Below are positions 35,512 to 37,467 of a DNA stretch of 37,467 nt, piece after piece. The notes beneath the pieces were generated by a model, which searched no databases, had not been told where the DNA came from, and worked only from the letters and a program-made list of their open reading frames with translations. How positions within the stretch are numbered: position 1 is the first letter of the stretch; every line of letters begins with the position of its first letter. Both the position numbers and the translations under genes were made by a program. The stretch covers positions 29,371 through 66,837 of the forward strand of contig MU271428.1 in assembly GCA_021432655.1 (NCBI GenBank), in the 5' to 3' direction. The stretch is from Atractiella rhizophila. Its lineage: Eukaryota.

Positions 35512-37458
35512 ATGTCTCCCGCTCCTCTGCTTGGTCTAGGATTCGGACCTTCGAACTTGGCTATTGCCATCTGTTTACTCGAGAAAGGCGACGCTCCCCA
35601 TGGCGTAGAATTCATCGAATACAACGACAAGTTCAAGTGGCATCCAGGGATGATGATCAAAGGGTCTCACATGCAAATTTCCTTCTTGAAGGTTAGCTTA
35701 CACACTTCATTGTCCCTTCCATCCGTTTTGACTTTTCCATTGTGCATTCTCCATAGGATTTAGTGACTCTGCGAAACCCGACGTCCAGCTTCTCCTTCCT
35801 CAACTACCTACACGAAAACACACGCCTCCTCAGCTTCATCAATCTCTCCACGTTCACTCCTTCGAGGCGAGAATTTAACGACTATCTCTCCTGGGCGGCT
35901 GGAAAAGTCGTGCGCGAAGGAGAACCAGAAGGAAAGATCAAGGTACATTACGGGGAGAGCGTCTCGCACGTGAAGGCTGTCCTTGAAAGAGACGGAGAGG
36001 AATGGACTGTCAACACGTTCAAGGTCATTTCGAGAAACAAAGAAGGAGACGTAGAGAGGGAAGCGAAAAATCTCGTCGTTTCTCTTGGAGGATATCCTAG
36101 CATCCCAAAGCCGTTCCAGGCTTTTCATACCCAATCCTCCTCTCCTGTCTCTGAAGAGGCATTCCCGGTCTACCACACTTCACAATACCTCGACGTCGTT
36201 GAGCCTCTCCTCAAAACCCTATTCCCTACTCCATCGATGGGAAAGAAAAGCGTCAGAATCGCCGTCGTAGGAGCCGGACAATCGAGTGCAGAAGTCTTCA
36301 TCAACCTCCACGATAGGATATCAGAGCTATCTCTTCCGGAAGACTCAACCGTCCACGTCGACCTGCTCATCAGGCAAACGAGCCTTAGGCCTTCGGATGA
36401 CAGCCCATTTGCAAACGAAATTTTCAATCCCAATATGACGGACCTGTTCTATGAACTAGGAGAGGGAAAGGAAGTGGGGGACCCGCTGAATGCGCTGTCG
36501 CTGAGGGAGGAGGGGTTGGGTGGGATCGGAGACGTTCAAGCTGAAGGGAGAGGAGAATCGGACGGGAATGGGAAAGCAAGGGAGAAGCTACTGAAGGAAA
36601 TGAAGGCTACGAATTACAGCGTGGTGAATGCACATACCCTCCAGACCGTGAGCCTTCTCTTCTCTAACCATTGATAGTCGCTAATCAACGCCTTTTCAGC
36701 TCTACGAGACAATGTAAGACCAGTTCGCATAATACAAATTACACCATTTCTGACTGAGTTCTCGTCGCAGGTACACCCAGAAGCTGGAGACGAAATCGCA
36801 ACCCAGATTACGCATCCTTCCAAATCGAAAAATCGTCAGCGTATCGACTTCTCCGGACTGCTCTCGATCTCTCATTTTTGATATTCACAACAGTCTCTTC
36901 ACCAATGCTGAGGAACGGATAGAATATGATGCTGTCTTTCTTGGGACGGGGTACAAGAGGGATGGATGGAAGGGTGTCCTTGGACTGGAGGTTCCTGCTT
37001 TCGACGTCACAGAGGAGAAAGCAGTGATGGAGGTTGGACTCTCCGAGATTTTCCCTCAATTCATCGAACCAATCCAAACGAGCGAAATCTCTCCTACTCC
37101 GAGTTCGAGTTCATCGAGCTCGCGGAACTCAGCTGCTGGCGATTCTGATGAAGACGAACGGCTTCTCTCTCAGTCCCATCTCACAAACATAACAACCCCC
37201 TCTTCATTTGCTGCTGAAGAGAGCAAAAGGGTGTCACCTTCTCCAACGGAACGCGATTGGAAGGTGTCCCGGAACTACCAACTCCTGATACCTCGACATT
37301 TCCAGTATCGGGGCAGGAGAGGGACGTTCAAACCCACCGTTTGGCTGCAGGGTAGCAATCAAGCGACTCATGGCATTAGTGATACATTATTGAGCGTTAT
37401 TTCAATTAGAAGTCAGGAGATGGTGGATGGTTTCTTCAAGAATGGGCATTTCGAATGA
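35512..37458 (+). CDS. sidA: L-ornithine N5-monooxygenase (hydroxamate siderophore biosynthesis; SidA/Sid1)
   Basis: FAD motif [58 protein letters not shown], NADPH motif VVGAGQSSAE, PSDDSPFANEIFNP, ATNYSVV, YDAVFLGTGY, WLQGSNQATHGISDTLLSV. Three introns, including a 14-nt micro-exon at 36700-36713. Confidence 0.95.
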
Positions 37459-37467
37459 TCCCGAAGG

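Noticed and set aside
35512..37467. Siderophore biosynthetic gene cluster
   Set aside because: No NRPS, transacylase or siderophore transporter lies in the window. A cluster could continue past the right edge but cannot be seen.
1..37467. CRISPR arrays, tRNA/rRNA genes, transposase or reverse-transcriptase ORFs, prokaryotic operon or defence systems
   Set aside because: None seen. The window is eukaryotic spliced DNA and nearly all of it is explained by host genes.

Overview
Gene-dense, intron-rich fungal genomic DNA, most consistent with a basidiomycete (inference from ~45-60 nt introns with CTRAY-type branch sites and from the protein families). There is one assembly gap (2746-2828). I reconstructed 13 spliced genes by hand. 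In order: two tandem paralogs of the FHA/coiled-coil/tail-anchored STRIPAK subunit (Far9/Vps64/Far10/SLMAP type); the INO80 zinc-finger subunit Iec1; an ABHD12-like lipase; an aldo-keto reductase; a dual-start valyl-tRNA synthetase; a MAPEG-family membrane protein; a 123-aa ubiquitin-fold protein resembling Elongin B; a REEP/HVA22 protein with a long basic tail; a small NTF2/SnoaL-like protein; the Cch1 Ca2+ channel; an orphan low-complexity protein; and the siderophore ornithine monooxygenase SidA. Most interesting: (1) the Elongin-B-like gene, invisible in the ORF track; (2) a 467-nt VAS1 intron with H/ACA-snoRNA-like architecture; (3) a 1096-bp, ~98%-identical tandem duplication of an exon block inside CCH1, either an uncollapsed haplotype or a substrate for mutually exclusive splicing; (4) STRIPAK paralogs diverged in tail charge, an internal 17-aa triplication and a GT/GC donor switch; (5) many GC-AG introns; (6) SreA/Urbs1-type GATA elements upstream of sidA. 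All homology calls are by recognition, not database search.
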